From Octopus vulgaris (lineage: Eukaryota), in NCBI GenBank assembly GCA_951406725.2, contig OX597828.1, positions 20,398,001 to 20,462,000 of the forward strand: 64,000 nucleotides of DNA. The letters are read 5' to 3'. The notes below the pieces were generated by a model. It saw nothing but the letters and a program-made list of their open reading frames with translations, was not told the DNA's origin and ran no database searches. The position numbers were made by a program, and so were the translations under genes. Positions 14,249 through 26,956 of the stretch are shown here, in pieces (position 1 is the stretch's first letter; the number at the start of each line of letters is the position of its first letter).

Positions 14249-15872
14249 CAGTTGCGGCCAAAATGTTCAGAACGGCATTGTTTTCGTCAGAAAAGTAGAT
14301 ATACGTTTTTATCAAAGTAGTTTTATATTCTGTAATTTTCGCAGACAATACATACAATATTAATTGTTATTGTCTGAGATTTTAGTGTAATTTGAGAGTA
14401 TAATACAAATGTTATGGATGATTTAGTGATTTACTGCAAACCCCATGGCAGCCAAAATGATCAGAACGGTTGTAAAAATAACAAAATAATCAAAAATGAC
14501 AGAGAATACTGGAATTATTTAATATTTAGTGTGAAGCCCTTTAGCTTCAATCATACTCTGACATCTCCGACTGCATGAGGAAATTAAATTTTCAATTTCT
14601 TGCTGGGTGATCTTATTCCATTCTTCCTGAAAGGCATTCCATAATTGCTCAGTTGTTTTAGGATTTCTGGCTTTCGAACGTTCTCCTAGAATATTCCATA
14701 CATTTTCAATAGGATTGAGATCTGGGCTTTGAGCAAGCTAATCCATAACAATAACCTTTTCAGCCTTAAGGAAGTTCATGACCATCTTAGCCTTGTGACA
14801 TGGGGCATTGTCCTGCATGAATGTGGGTGGTCGCTTAGTTGAATTTCTCAGCACAGGCAAGACATGATCTTTTACAAGTTGTTTATAAACTCCTGCATTT
14901 ACCTTTCCATGTAATCGCACGAAAGGGCCCACACCATCTCCAGATATCATCCCCCAAACCATGACACTTCCTTCACCGAATTTAACACTAGTCTTAAGGC
15001 ATTTAGGCGACAATTTTTCACCTACTTTTCTACGAACGTACCCTTTCCCATCTGAGCCAAATAACATAAACTTAGATTCATCACTGAAATGCACCGTTTG
15101 CCATTTTTCTTGAGACCACAACACATGTTCGGTTGCAAAGGTAAGACGACACTTTTTATTCTTGGAGCTGATCAGTGGCTTCACTGCAGGTGCTCTTGCT
15201 TGTAGGTCATGTTCAACTAAACGACGAGACACAGTTTTTCGAGATAAAGTTTTCTTCAATACAATGTTCATTTTCCGAGAAACAGCAGCAGCAGTTTTAA
15301 ATCTGTCCTTTTTAACCAGCTTTACCATAGCACGATCTTCTCTCTTGGTCGTTTTTCTTGGCCTACCTGTAAACTTTCTTGCTTCACACGAACCACAATC
15401 ATCGAAGACCTTAAGAATACCGTGTACAACACTTTTTGACTTGCTAACAATCTTTGCAATAGATCCAATACTTAAATTAACCTTCATTTGAAGCTTAATA
15501 ATCTGCTGACGAATTGGTAACAGAGTACGTGGCATTATATTAACAAAGTACACTGCAAATATTCTTACTAATGTTTAGTAAACGAACCGTCACGTAAACA
15601 AATTCAAAACAGTAGAGTTCGCCGGTTAAATATACTAAAACACGGAGTAAAAGCAACCGTCTGATCATTTTGGCCGCCATGGGTTTTGCAGTAAATCACT
15701 AAATCATCCATAACTTTTGTATTATCCTCTCAAATTACACTAAAATCTCAGGCAATAACAAGTAATATTGTATTTATTGTCTGTGAAAATTATAGAATAT
15801 GAAACAACTTTGATAAAAATTATATCTACTTTTCTTACGAAAATGATGCCGTTCTGAACATTTTGGCCGCCA

Positions 15873-15875
<3 letters not shown>
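14249..15875 (-). mobile_element. Full-length Tc1 DNA transposon with ~220-bp IR/DR-type TIRs, inserted at TA inside (TA)n
   Basis: Ends CAGT(T/G)GCGGCCAAAATGTTCAGAACGGCAT on both sides; TIRs 14249-14470 and 15656-15875; inner direct repeat GC(A/G)GCCAAAATGATCAG; TA flanks. Confidence 0.97.
14519..15535 (-). pseudogene. Tc1 DD34E transposase, 338 codons, one in-frame TAG at 14738-14740
   Basis: MPRTL.. paired-type HTH, GRPRKTT linker, FSDESKF, FMQDNAPCH; after the stop it reads LAQSPDLNPIENVW...KGLHTKY*. The D-to-E spacing counts as 34. Confidence 0.95.
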
Positions 15876-15941
<66 letters not shown>

Positions 15942-15989
15942 TACACACATGCAGATAGATACAGACATACATACATACAAATATATATA

Positions 15990-16695
15990 AGATGAGGTAT
16001 AGGGGTCATATCAGCTTATTCTCAAATCCAGAAACAAAAATTGCACTCACTACATACATTAACAAATTAAAATCACGTAAGGATTAATTCAACTTAAACT
16101 AGTCTATTATAATGGAAACTACTCCATATAAGACGCATATCAGAAAGTGTAAGTTATGTATCAAAGAAGCAATTAGTATACTTCGTACAGATGAAAAAAT
16201 TCTTAACATAATCTCTGACGTTACAGTTGCATGTAGACATAAGTTTAAATTCTCTGCAAAATAACTATATTAGAATTCTGAAACTACGAACATGGATTTA
16301 TCTCAAATAGCTTACAATATTTTAGTCCTTACCCTCAATTCATCCATTCGACTAAATAATATTACTATTATAATTATTTACAGGATTGTAAAATACGGCA
16401 CAGTATAACAAATCCATTCGCACCGAAATATATATATAGAAAGCTTGTTTACATAAAAACAAATATGAACTAATATAGTTCTTAAATTTGACAAAAAGAG
16501 AGAGGCTAGTTCCCAGGTGTAATGGTAACACACTTAGTCCCATTGAGAAAGGGATGTGGTTTCAAGTCCCACGTGGATGAGAAAACCTTTTTTCTGTCGA
16601 TGTCTTTATATGCCCTGTTATTAGACTATTTTTCATAGTCATTGCACGGTGATTGCTATAAGCTTTAGGCTTATATAAAAATACCATTTATTAAT

Positions 16696-16700
<5 letters not shown>
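15990..16700 (+). mobile_element. 5'-truncated Penelope-like element: GIY-YIG C-terminus plus 3' region ending at (TA)n
   Basis: + strand '[53 protein letters not shown]' matches the PLE CxLCxxE...LN...CRH terminus. Confidence 0.75.
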
Positions 16701-16761
<61 letters not shown>

Positions 16762-16870
16762 TATATATGTGTGTGTGTGTGTAGAATTTCGGAAAGGAAT
16801 ACATGAGTTGATATAGATATGGAAAAAAGTCAAGGTAGAAAATGCTAAAATAATTTTATAAAAAACATTT

Positions 16871-16906
16871 CAGTACCGATTTCGGTCATTGAGACTTTTT
16901 CAACTG
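16871..16906 (-). ncRNA. Minimal hammerhead-like motif, C3U/G8A core, in a terminal repeat (16818-16975)
   Basis: Minus strand: CAG-UUGAAAAA-GUC UCAAU GAC-C-GAAAU CG GUA-CUG; same family as 13579 and 46538. Confidence 0.6.
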
Positions 16907-16999
16907 TAAGTGTGGAAAACAATAAAATTTTGGAAAAATTAAATGAAAAGTTTTAAAAAGAATATTTGCATACATATAACTCCTTTATTCGAGCTAAAT

Positions 17000-17124
17000 T
17001 GGCTTACAGCTGTTTCCAGTAGTCGTTATAGGTACATCATCGATAGATTTATTCAACTGGTCTATCGATCAATTGAGGTGAATTGACCGACCTAAGAAAA
17101 TCAATGCTAGTTTCGTCAGAGCCA
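17000..17124 (-). ncRNA. Type-I hammerhead motif with canonical core and long helix II
   Basis: Minus strand: UGGCU-CUGACGA-[~95 nt containing UAGGU/ACCUA and AUCGAUAGA/UCUAUCGAU stems]-GAAAC AGCU GUA-AGCCA. Perfect 5-bp helix I; the base of helix II pairs imperfectly. Confidence 0.75.
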
Positions 17125-17619
17125 TTTCTGGAACAAGCTGAGCACTTGAGGAATGTGTGTGTATAGGTGTGTGTGTGTGTGTGTGCGTGTGTGTGTGTGT
17201 GTGATGCATCGATTTTACAATAATAATATCGTGTTTGTATGAGCGTGTGTCATGACACTGCCTTCATTGGCGAAGTTTTATCCACGACATACACAGAGAA
17301 ACACGCACAGAAAAAAACAACAAAATATTGATGTCATTTTTACTGTTATTATTCTAGAATATGAACAGCCAATGTTGTTATTGTCGTTGATGTTATTGTT
17401 TCGCCCAAGGTCAGCCCTGTCCAAACTTCCCCATAGATTATTTTTTGTGTATGTCCAGCACGAGACATTGTTCAAAATGTCCAACCACGTTTTTAAGATA
17501 CTTTTTCCGATTTTAATGAAGACTTGGGTGCTATTTCTGATCATTCAATGGACCGTATAGAGATTACCGTAAGCTGGTTCTCAAAAGCAAGAATCACAAA
17601 ACTTCGCGCGGTGAAAATT

Positions 17620-17620
17620 A

Positions 17621-17660
<40 letters not shown>

Positions 17661-17874
17661 CATTGTAATACAGGTGGTAGTAGTAGTAGTAGAAGTGATG
17701 TTGGCGATGGAGATGGTGATTGTTGTGGTTGTGGTTGTGATGCTGACGATGGTAGTGTTGCTCATGGTTGTGGCAGTGGTGGCGGTAATTTTGTTGGTGG
17801 TGGTGGTGGTAGTATTTTTTAATACTAAGTGTAGTTTTAGAAATAATGATATTAATAATAATAATAATAATAAC

Positions 17875-17925
<51 letters not shown>

Positions 17926-18283
17926 TACAGCAACAACAACAAAAATAACAACAACAACAATAATAAAGGCCAATAACATCTAGTCTAGAGAACATATCTG
18001 TGTCATTCTTCAGAATGGTAATAATACTAGACAGCTGCAATGTATTAAAAGGTTTCCAGACCTGAACTAAAATATATATCCCATCACCACCACCACCACC
18101 ATCACCACCACCATCACCACCACTACCACCACGCCGGCACCTCATGCAACCTGACCATTTTGTTACAGTTAATAATGCAGTATCTTATAGTTCTCCTCTC
18201 GTTAAAGATCTCTATTGAGAATAACGTTATGTATGTGCGCGCCGCTTTGCTTAGATTTGCGAAAATCTTGACATGCAGGTATG

Positions 18284-18364
<81 letters not shown>

Positions 18365-18468
18365 GCAATAATAATAATAGTAAAAATAGTAATAATAAAA
18401 ATGATAGTAATAATAATAATAAAAATGGTAATAATGTTATTATCATTATTATTATTATTATTATTATT

Positions 18469-18523
<55 letters not shown>

Positions 18524-18624
18524 GCAATAATAATAATAATAGTAATAATAGTAATAATAGTAATAATAAAAATGATAGTAATAATAGTAATAAAAATGGT
18601 AATAGTATTATTATTATTATTATT

Positions 18625-18667
<43 letters not shown>

Positions 18668-19497
18668 GCCCTGACGCAGTACCAGGCAGTGGCTCTCATG
18701 GCTTCTGATCTTAACTGATTGGAAGTGTTATCATGTACGTTGTTTTGTATTGGTATAAAAGATGGGCTACAGCAAATATTCTGCTCAATACCACAGATTT
18801 GCTTGTCAGTTGTTTGACCTTAACCAGTTGAGCATGTCCCTTAGTGGCTGACGATATGTGCATCTCTGATCACGAGCAGAAGTAGTGGGGGAGCATCATA
18901 GCCATGTGTTGTGAGGGATTCTTTGGGGTTTGAATAATTCACCTCTGGAAACATGGGTGGTTCTTTCAACATCCTTAAACAACCCTTATTCAGGGACCTT
19001 TTGAGCGGGATGGGCTACTCAACCTGAAGAAAATTCTAACTGGGCCCCACCTGCAAGGTCATTAGCTGTTTATCTTGATATGAGATCACCATGTCGCGCA
19101 CATATGGTTGTGATGCATGTGCCTGGTGTACCTTTATCAGACGGGTAGTGATGATGGGTATATTGGGCTTCGTATATTTTACCCCAGTGTCACTTTGATG
19201 GCTTGAACTGCTCTCTCACTCAATGCTAATAATAATAATAGTAATGATAATGATAATAATAATGATAAAAATAATAGTAATAATAATAATAACAATAATG
19301 ATGATAATGATAATAATGATGATGATGATGATGATGACGACGATGATGACGATGATGATGATGATAATAATAATAATAATAATAATCATAGTAATAATAA
19401 TAGCAATAATAATAATAATAGTAATAATAGTAATAATAAAAATGATAGTAATAATAGTAATAAAAATGGTAATAGTATCATTATTTTTATTATTATT

Positions 19498-19579
<82 letters not shown>

Positions 19580-19654
19580 GTAATGATAATGATAATAATA
19601 ATGATAAAAATAATAGTAATAATAATAATAACAATAATGATGATAATGATAATA

Positions 19655-19700
<46 letters not shown>

Positions 19701-19736
19701 CGACGATGATGACGATGATGATGATGATGATAATAA

Positions 19737-19833
<97 letters not shown>

Positions 19834-19891
19834 TTTTACGTTGAATAGATGCTCCTGTAGCCAGTGCAACGGCTGCAACACCACTAGCGGC

Positions 19892-19958
<67 letters not shown>

Positions 19959-19960
19959 AT
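17620..19960. repeat. Large compound trinucleotide field (GTA, GTG, AAT, GAT) hosting a retroposon
   Basis: Directly visible. Confidence 0.95.
18666..19223 (+). mobile_element. ~555-bp non-coding retroposon in (TAA)n (longest copy)
   Basis: Closely similar copies at 25529-25995 and 31395-31765; all end CTCTCTCAC(T/C)CAAT followed by (AAT)n. Confidence 0.85.
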
Positions 19961-20180
19961 CCGGCAAAGTTGCTTACTTTCGGATGAGTTAAGTGTCGGT
20001 TTGTGAGGAGACTTATCAATCAGTTAATGTCGGAAAATATTGGAATATCGGAATTATGTTGTTGTTGCTGTTGTTGTTGTTTAGCCCTAGGCCAGACGTA
20101 ACCACGCATTATCTACATATGATTAAAGTAGTATCCAGTCGTGACAGGCTACCGTTATCGACACATATTGAAAAAACTTG

Positions 20181-20438
20181 CTACGTCGGAAGGCACGAGC
20201 GAAGAGGTCGTCCGCGGGATCGAACCGGTCGGCGGAACAGCAACAGCGTCCACCAGAGAGCTAACGAAGCGTGCGGCGGACGGCGGCGTGCAGGGAGACG
20301 GTCGCGAGGAAGAGCCCGTCGTAGTTGTCGTCGTGCAGGAAGCGCGAGGCGGAGCGGCGCGGTCCTGGCTGCGTGAGCAAAAGCATGTAGGCGCACGGCA
20401 GCGACGATGGCTAGGCGTAGGGGAGGAAGGAATACCAT
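20181..20438. other. High-GC, CpG-rich island with prokaryote-like GC3 bias
   Basis: 122/180 G+C counted over 20221-20400; 31 consecutive G/C-ending codons on the minus strand at 20270-20362. Confidence 0.8.
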
Positions 20439-20649
20439 AACCGAGTAAAATCATAGCCAAAGTCATTCCAATCGTGGCCATCCCGTTTATTTAAAGATAT
20501 CAAGGATTACACTGCTTAATATGACATTTCTTGTTTATCAGTATGCTATGGTGTGATTAGAAGGTCGTTTGGCTGCTATCTCTAGCAGACCGGACCGTGG
20601 TATAAAGGCTCCTACATCTGTTCACATTGCAATATGTTCTGAGTTATAG

Positions 20650-20955
20650 TAAAAGCGCGTGGCTTAGTGATTTAGGTGTTTGGCTCATTGTCGAAAAGTC
20701 ATGATTTCTATTCCCGGCGGCGCGTTGCGTCCTTGAACGAGGCACATTATTTCACGTTGCCCCAGTGCACTCAGCTAACAAAAGTTATTTGTACCCCTAA
20801 TTCAATGGGCCAGCCTTCTCACATTCAGTGTCACGTTGTATCTTCCTGAAAACTACATTAAGGATACGCATGTCTGTGGATTACTGAGTCACTTTCACGT
20901 TAATTTCACGAACACGGTTTGGATCATTTGGAACACTGGTCGTCGTAATCGACTG
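20650..20955 (+). mobile_element. SINE family C (tRNA head plus CORE-like block), diverged
   Basis: GCGCGTGGCTTAGTG...GTCCTTGAACGAGGCAC; homologous to 34155-34477. Confidence 0.8.
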
Positions 20956-21059
20956 AGATCCAAATGTTCTTGGTTGAAGGATATACAGATAGATTGTTTG
21001 TTATTCCATTATTTTCTTCGTATTTTTTTCCTGAAATATTTGTACTGTACACACAATGA

Positions 21060-21730
21060 CTATCAATTCAGTCAACGTGTACATACTGAGTCTATTTATT
21101 CTATCAAGATTTTTGCACTGTGTCTATTTAGTCAGCATCTTTATACTGTCTACACATCATCTATACATCCAGTGAACACAGTGTTTGTCAGTTCAGCCAA
21201 TATCTACACGTTGCTTGACAACCTAAACATCTACAAACTGTTTTTGTCATTATAGCCTATAGCTGCACACTCTGCAATCCATTCAACATATACACAGCCA
21301 GCCTGTTCGGCAATCTAGCGAACTTCAATACACTGTTTGATAACAGAATCAACATCTACACCCAGTATTTTGCAAGACAGCCAGTACCAATAGGTATACA
21401 CTATCATAATCTAGCCAACATCTACACACTGTCTGTCAATCCAGCCCACAGTGTAGATGTTGACTAGATTGCAGAGATCTGTGGGTAACATCTACAGTGA
21501 AGAATTATATTACGAAGTGGATTCAAGACACTGCCTTGCAATACACTGAATAATTATACACTGCTTGCCTTTCTGGTCAGCATTTACAACCTGCTTCGAT
21601 CTATTCAGTTAACATCTAAACCCTCTGCGCATTTATACAGTGAATAATCAATAATTATTCATTGTGCTGTATGTCCAACTTAATACACACACCTCACACA
21701 GTGTTTGTCTGTTTGGTCAAAACCTAAATA
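21060..21730 (+). repeat. Degenerate ~30-bp minisatellite (consensus ~AATCTAGTCAACATCTACACACTGTCTGTC)
   Basis: Recurrent (T/C)AG(T/C)CAACATCTACAC motifs; one inverted unit at ~21449-21471. Confidence 0.65.
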
Positions 21731-21851
21731 CAATGCCTATCGATTTGAAAACTACCATACAAAATGAATCTAACAGTTTACCTATTACATAGGTGAGTAG
21801 TTTTATATATATATACATAATCAAAATAAGCGACAAGTATATCCAAGGTAG

Positions 21852-21939
21852 AGTAGTACAATTGTTTCATGCTACTTCATTTTATTCAACACTGTAAGTA
21901 TTACATCAGTTTTAAAATGTCAAGCAATCTTCAGCCACT
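21852..21939 (-). ncRNA. Type-I hammerhead motif with canonical core and long helix II
   Basis: Minus strand: AGUGG-CUGAAGA-UUGCUU[...]AAGUAG-CAU-GAAAC AAUU GUA-CUACU. Palindrome ACAATTGT; about 40 bp from a (TA)n. Confidence 0.7.
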
Positions 21940-22111
21940 TATAGATTTTTCCAATCAAACGGACAATGCACATTCTTATCCATATTTCATTTGCCAACAT
22001 TATAAAGAGGGTAGATATATAGACAGAGAGGTTATTTCATTCTTAAGAACATGATAGTAGTATATTCACTCTCTGACTGTAGATTTTATCATTGAGTTCA
22101 CTTTTTACTCA

Positions 22112-22141
22112 GTAAAACATACAGTTTGCAGGCGAGTTGAG

Positions 22142-22181
<40 letters not shown>

Positions 22182-22211
22182 CTCAAATCGCCTGCAAACT
22201 GTATGTTTTAC
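22112..22211. repeat. Palindrome centred on (TA)n with ~34-bp arms
   Basis: GTAAAACATACAGTTTGCAGGCGAGTTGAGTAAT-(TA)n-ATTACTCAAATCGCCTGCAAACTGTATGTTTTAC. Confidence 0.9.
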
Positions 22212-22385
22212 AGAGGGAATAAATGAGGTGATATCATATTGCTGACATCAGAACAAAATCATTTTTAAAACTTGTCCAAACAGCATACAGGATAGAGATA
22301 CAATGGTGCAATATCGGCAGAAAGAACAGAGAAGGTCATCTGCCGCCGAAAATCATCGAACCAACAATACAAAATAAACAACAGA

Positions 22386-22606
22386 TTAATTCGTTTGATA
22401 CCCACACACTTAAGAATGCCACTGTGTCAATGATACAAGCTTCCTGCTTTAAAGAAAGCGAAGTTCAGTTTTCATCAAAATTTCACGCGGTGAACACTTG
22501 GTTCTTAATAATGACAAATCTATTTGACTAATTTATTCATTATTTTCATAATTAACTGAAGCAAAAGCATTGTATTTCGCAGAATTCGTGGTAACGTACG
22601 ACTTAA
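22386..22606. mobile_element. Possible TTAA-flanked piggyBac-like MITE
   Basis: TTAA at both ends with imperfect 13-bp inverted termini (TTCGTTTGATACC vs GTCGTACGTTACC). Confidence 0.35.
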
Positions 22607-22919
22607 CCAACGAAAAAGAATGAATATTAGAGACTCAGTTATAAAAGCAACCTTCTACGCATGTATATCAGAAATATATTTCGTGATTTCAGAGATGTAG
22701 TAGCAAACAATTTCAAAACTTTTAAATCGTTTGTATTTAGACAAAGTGACAACTTTGACACAACAGGATATGAATGGCGTAAATGACAGGCTGATAAGTG
22801 ACAACTGCTAAACCGGCTAATAAAAAGCGATAAATAAGGGGCAAATTAATCTACAGTAAGAATAAAATAACAAAAACATTTCCTGAATTTTCGAATAAAA
22901 TTATATCGCCAGAACTTAG

Positions 22920-23082
22920 ATCGTTCCTCAACCGGAAGTTTACCGACTAACAATTCAGATGTAGCCAATCGAAATTCCATGACACTTGGTTTCCTTTCTG
23001 TTGTGTCATGCAAATGTAGTGGATTTCTAACCAGCAACCAGTTCCGTTGGAAGGTTGCCTGCATCATATCACTCGTAAACAA
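22920..23082 (-). pseudogene. piggyBac (PGBD4-like) transposase C-terminal fossil
   Basis: Frameshifted 'LPTELVAG..NPLHLH...SVMEFRLATSELLVG' resembles WYRKLA.EL..G...NA..LY...I.EFR. Confidence 0.4.
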
Positions 23083-23360
23083 TGGACATTAATCATATCA
23101 TGCATACACACTTTCACGGACGCACGCACCCACACACGCATACACTGTCACACATACATATACAACAATGTATCACAACACACATAACGTTGTATCACAT
23201 TACACACACAATACCACGTTATCATACACACGTCACATGTCATCATAGAGCACACATGAACACGCACATACAGACACCCACCAAACACCATGACCCTTAC
23301 TGTATTTCATGCACACTCCTTACATCAATGGCAATACTATAACAACATAAACCACACTAC

Positions 23361-23401
<41 letters not shown>

Positions 23402-24249
23402 TCACACAAACACACACACATTCACACACACACACACACACACATTCACACAAACACACACACATTCTCGCACACACTCACACACACACACACAAATGCA
23501 CTCGCACGCAACGCATAATACCAATACATACAATATCATTACAGGCCACATTACATTCCACATACACGTCACACCAACACATACACATACATACATACAT
23601 ACGCACACACTTACACACACATACACACAAACACGCGCATAAAATCACACGAGCACCACGTCGCGCGGAACATCCGTATGACCGTTTGACCTGCTGGAAA
23701 GTGCCGCCAGCTCTCCCTCAAATAGCACATTTGATCACAAGGTTTGCAAGGCCAGTATCGAAAGAGAAGTAAACACCAGCAATAACCATACAAGTGCACA
23801 CAAAAGATTCAAGAACTGACAGAGTAACGGAGAAACGCTAGTCGATTATGCAACAAACCTCTACGGAATGCTATCGTAAAATCATAAGATTCTTTCTAGT
23901 ATTTATCTTCATAACCAAAGACAACCATAAGAGCAGAAAGCACACCATTAAACTAAACACAGCTTGGCAGAGTTGTCACACTTTGACACTATTGGTTAGA
24001 ATATATTATGGTTCGGTGTCAAGGCAACCAATACGAAAGAGAATATGAAGAGTAAAAAGTCCAATCTTGTTTCCTTGCTATTAACTCTTACGGGGAAAAA
24101 CAGAAGCCATCTATCATCTTAACAACTAATGTAGGATTTGATAGATCTGTGAGGTTTCAGATACGTTCAGGTCGAAGCTTGGAATATTTATTGATTTAAA
24201 ATGGTCGGATGAAGATAGGAACAATAAATTAATATTAATGTCTTACAGT

Positions 24250-24659
24250 ATTTGTTCGGCCGCTCTTTAGTTATGAGTTCAAATATATCCGAGGTGAACT
24301 TTGCTTTTCATCCTTGAGATGTCGTTAAAATGAAATAAATGTCGAGTGCTGTTGTTGATTTAATTGGCCAAATCCAGCAAACTGTGGATTTCATGCCAAT
24401 GTAAGAAATTATTATTAGGAACATTACTGAGTTCAAACCTTGCTGACGTCATCTTCGTCTTTTACTATTTCGGGGTCGTTGAAATAAAGTACTAATCAAA
24501 TACTGGGACAATGAAATTTACAAACCCCATCTCTAAAACTTAAGAACCTAAATTATTATTATTATTATTATTGTTGTTGTTGTTGTTGTTGTTGTTATCA
24601 TTATTATTATTCTAGCATCATCATCATCATCATCATCATAATCATCATCATCATCATCA

Positions 24660-24700
<41 letters not shown>

Positions 24701-24920
24701 TTTTATCGTCATTATTATTATTAAAGCGTTAGCATGCCGGGCGAAATGCTTAGCAGTATTTCCTCTGTCTTTACGTTCAGAGTTCAAATTCCACCGAGGT
24801 TGACTATGCTTTTCGTTCTTTCGGGGTCGATAAATTAAGTACCAGTTGCGTACTGAGGTTGATCTTATCGACTGGCCCTCTCTCCACAAATTTCGGGCCT
24901 TGTGCCAAGAGTAAAAAAGA

Positions 24921-24990
<70 letters not shown>

Positions 24991-25465
24991 GGCGGCGAGT
25001 TGGCAAGAACGCTAGCACGCCAGGCGAAATGCTTAGCGGTATTTCGTCTGTCTTCACTTTCTAAGTTCAAATGCCGCCGGGGTCAACTTTGCCTTTCATC
25101 CTTTCGGGGTCGATAAAATAAGGTCTATTTCAACACTGGGATTGATGTAATCAACTACCTCTCACTCAAACGTTCTGGCCTTGTACCAAAACTTGAAACC
25201 ATTATTGTTGTTGTCGAAGTTATTGATGCTGTTGCTGTTGCTGTTATTGTTGTCAATCTTAAAAGGTGGCGAGAAGGCAAGACGTTAGCACGAAGGATAA
25301 AATGCTTAGCAGCATTTAGTCCGTCTTTATATTCCCAGTTCAAATTCTGCCGAGGTCGCATTTGCCTGCCATTCTTTCAGGGCCGATGAAATAAGTACCA
25401 GTCAGGCACTTGGGTTGATGCAAACGACTAGCCCCTTTCCCCAAAATTTCGGCCTTGTGAAGAAA
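24250..25465 (+). mobile_element. Run of ~5 SINE family B copies separated by (ATT)n
   Basis: GGCGGCGAGTTGGCAAGAACGCTAGCACGCCAGGCGAAATGCTTAGCGG head at 24991; CTTTGCCTTTCATCCTTTCGGGGTCGATAAA core. Confidence 0.85.
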
Positions 25466-25528
25466 ATTGTTATTACTATTATTATTATTATTATTATAAT
25501 TTTTATTATTATTATTATTATTATTATT

Positions 25529-25995
25529 GGGTGAGAGAGGAGTGCATGCCATCAAAGTGACACAGGGGTAAAATATACGTAGCCCAGTATACCCATCATG
25601 ATTACCCATCTGATAAGAGTACACCAGGCACATGCATCACAACATATGTGCGCGACATGGTGGTCTCATATCAAGATAAACAGTGCATGACTTTGCGGGT
25701 GGGCCCAGTTAGAATTTTCTTCAGGTTGAGTAGTCCATCCGGCTCAAAAGATCCATGATTAAGGGTTGTTTAAGGATGTTGAACGAGACACCCATGTTTC
25801 CAGAGGTGAATTATTCAAACCCCAAAGAATCCTTCTCAATACATGGCTATGATGCTCCCCAACTACTTCTGCTTGTGATCAGTGATGCACGTATCGTCAG
25901 CCACTAAGGGGCATGGTCAACTGGTTAAGATCAAACAACTGTCATGCAAATCTGTGGTATTGAGCAGAATATTTGCTGTAGCCCATCTTTTATTC
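25529..25995 (-). mobile_element. (TAA)n-associated retroposon, 5'-truncated by ~90 bp
   Basis: Reverse complement of ~18755-19223; (TTA)n on both sides. Confidence 0.85.
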
Positions 25996-26143
<148 letters not shown>

Positions 26144-26206
26144 TGTAGTAGTAGCAATAGCAGCAGCAGTAGTAGTAGTATTAGTAGTAGTAATGGTGGT
26201 GGCGTC

Positions 26207-26247
<41 letters not shown>

Positions 26248-26262
26248 CAGTAGTAGTAGTAT

Positions 26263-26349
<87 letters not shown>

Positions 26350-26604
26350 AAGCAGCAGCAGCAGCAGCAAAAGCTACTAGAACAGTATCGGCATTTACTG
26401 ACCATATTGTGATAATCATTGTAAGTTTAGTGGCAGGACATTGAGTATGTAACTTCTGGAAAAAGAGAGAGAGAGAGCTGGGCAGCATTCGGTTGATACT
26501 CATTTTCAGTTGAGGAGACTAGAACAAAGAGAAATGAAATGCCATGCTCAAGGACACAACGCGCAGCAATGCCCATGAATCATTATCACTGTGAACTCAA
26601 TAAT

Positions 26605-26653
<49 letters not shown>

Positions 26654-26659
26654 TATAAT

Positions 26660-26956
26660 AATTAACAAAGGTAAAATTAATTAATTAAGAAGTAATTAAT
26701 AATTTCACCAAGTAGAATTCGGTATGAAAAAGGACCATTTCAACGGTAAACTTAAGTAATACTAATAAAAGGGTTCAGCAAAGATTAGCTTCACCACACA
26801 CCGAAGTTTAGAAATGGCAGCCAAAAATCTTAGCTATTTCTTCTACTTTAAAGTAGAGACCCCTTTTTAAAGTAGAAGAAATAGCTAAGATTTTTGGCTG
26901 CTATTTCTAAACTTCGGTGTGTGGTGAAGCTAATCTTTGCTGAACCCTTTTTATTA

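Noticed and set aside
20181-20438. 85-aa ATG-to-TAG ORF spanning the GC island
   Set aside because: The Arg/Pro/Leu-rich composition is typical of a wrong frame in GC-rich DNA. The codon-bias signal is in the neighbouring frame, which has stops.
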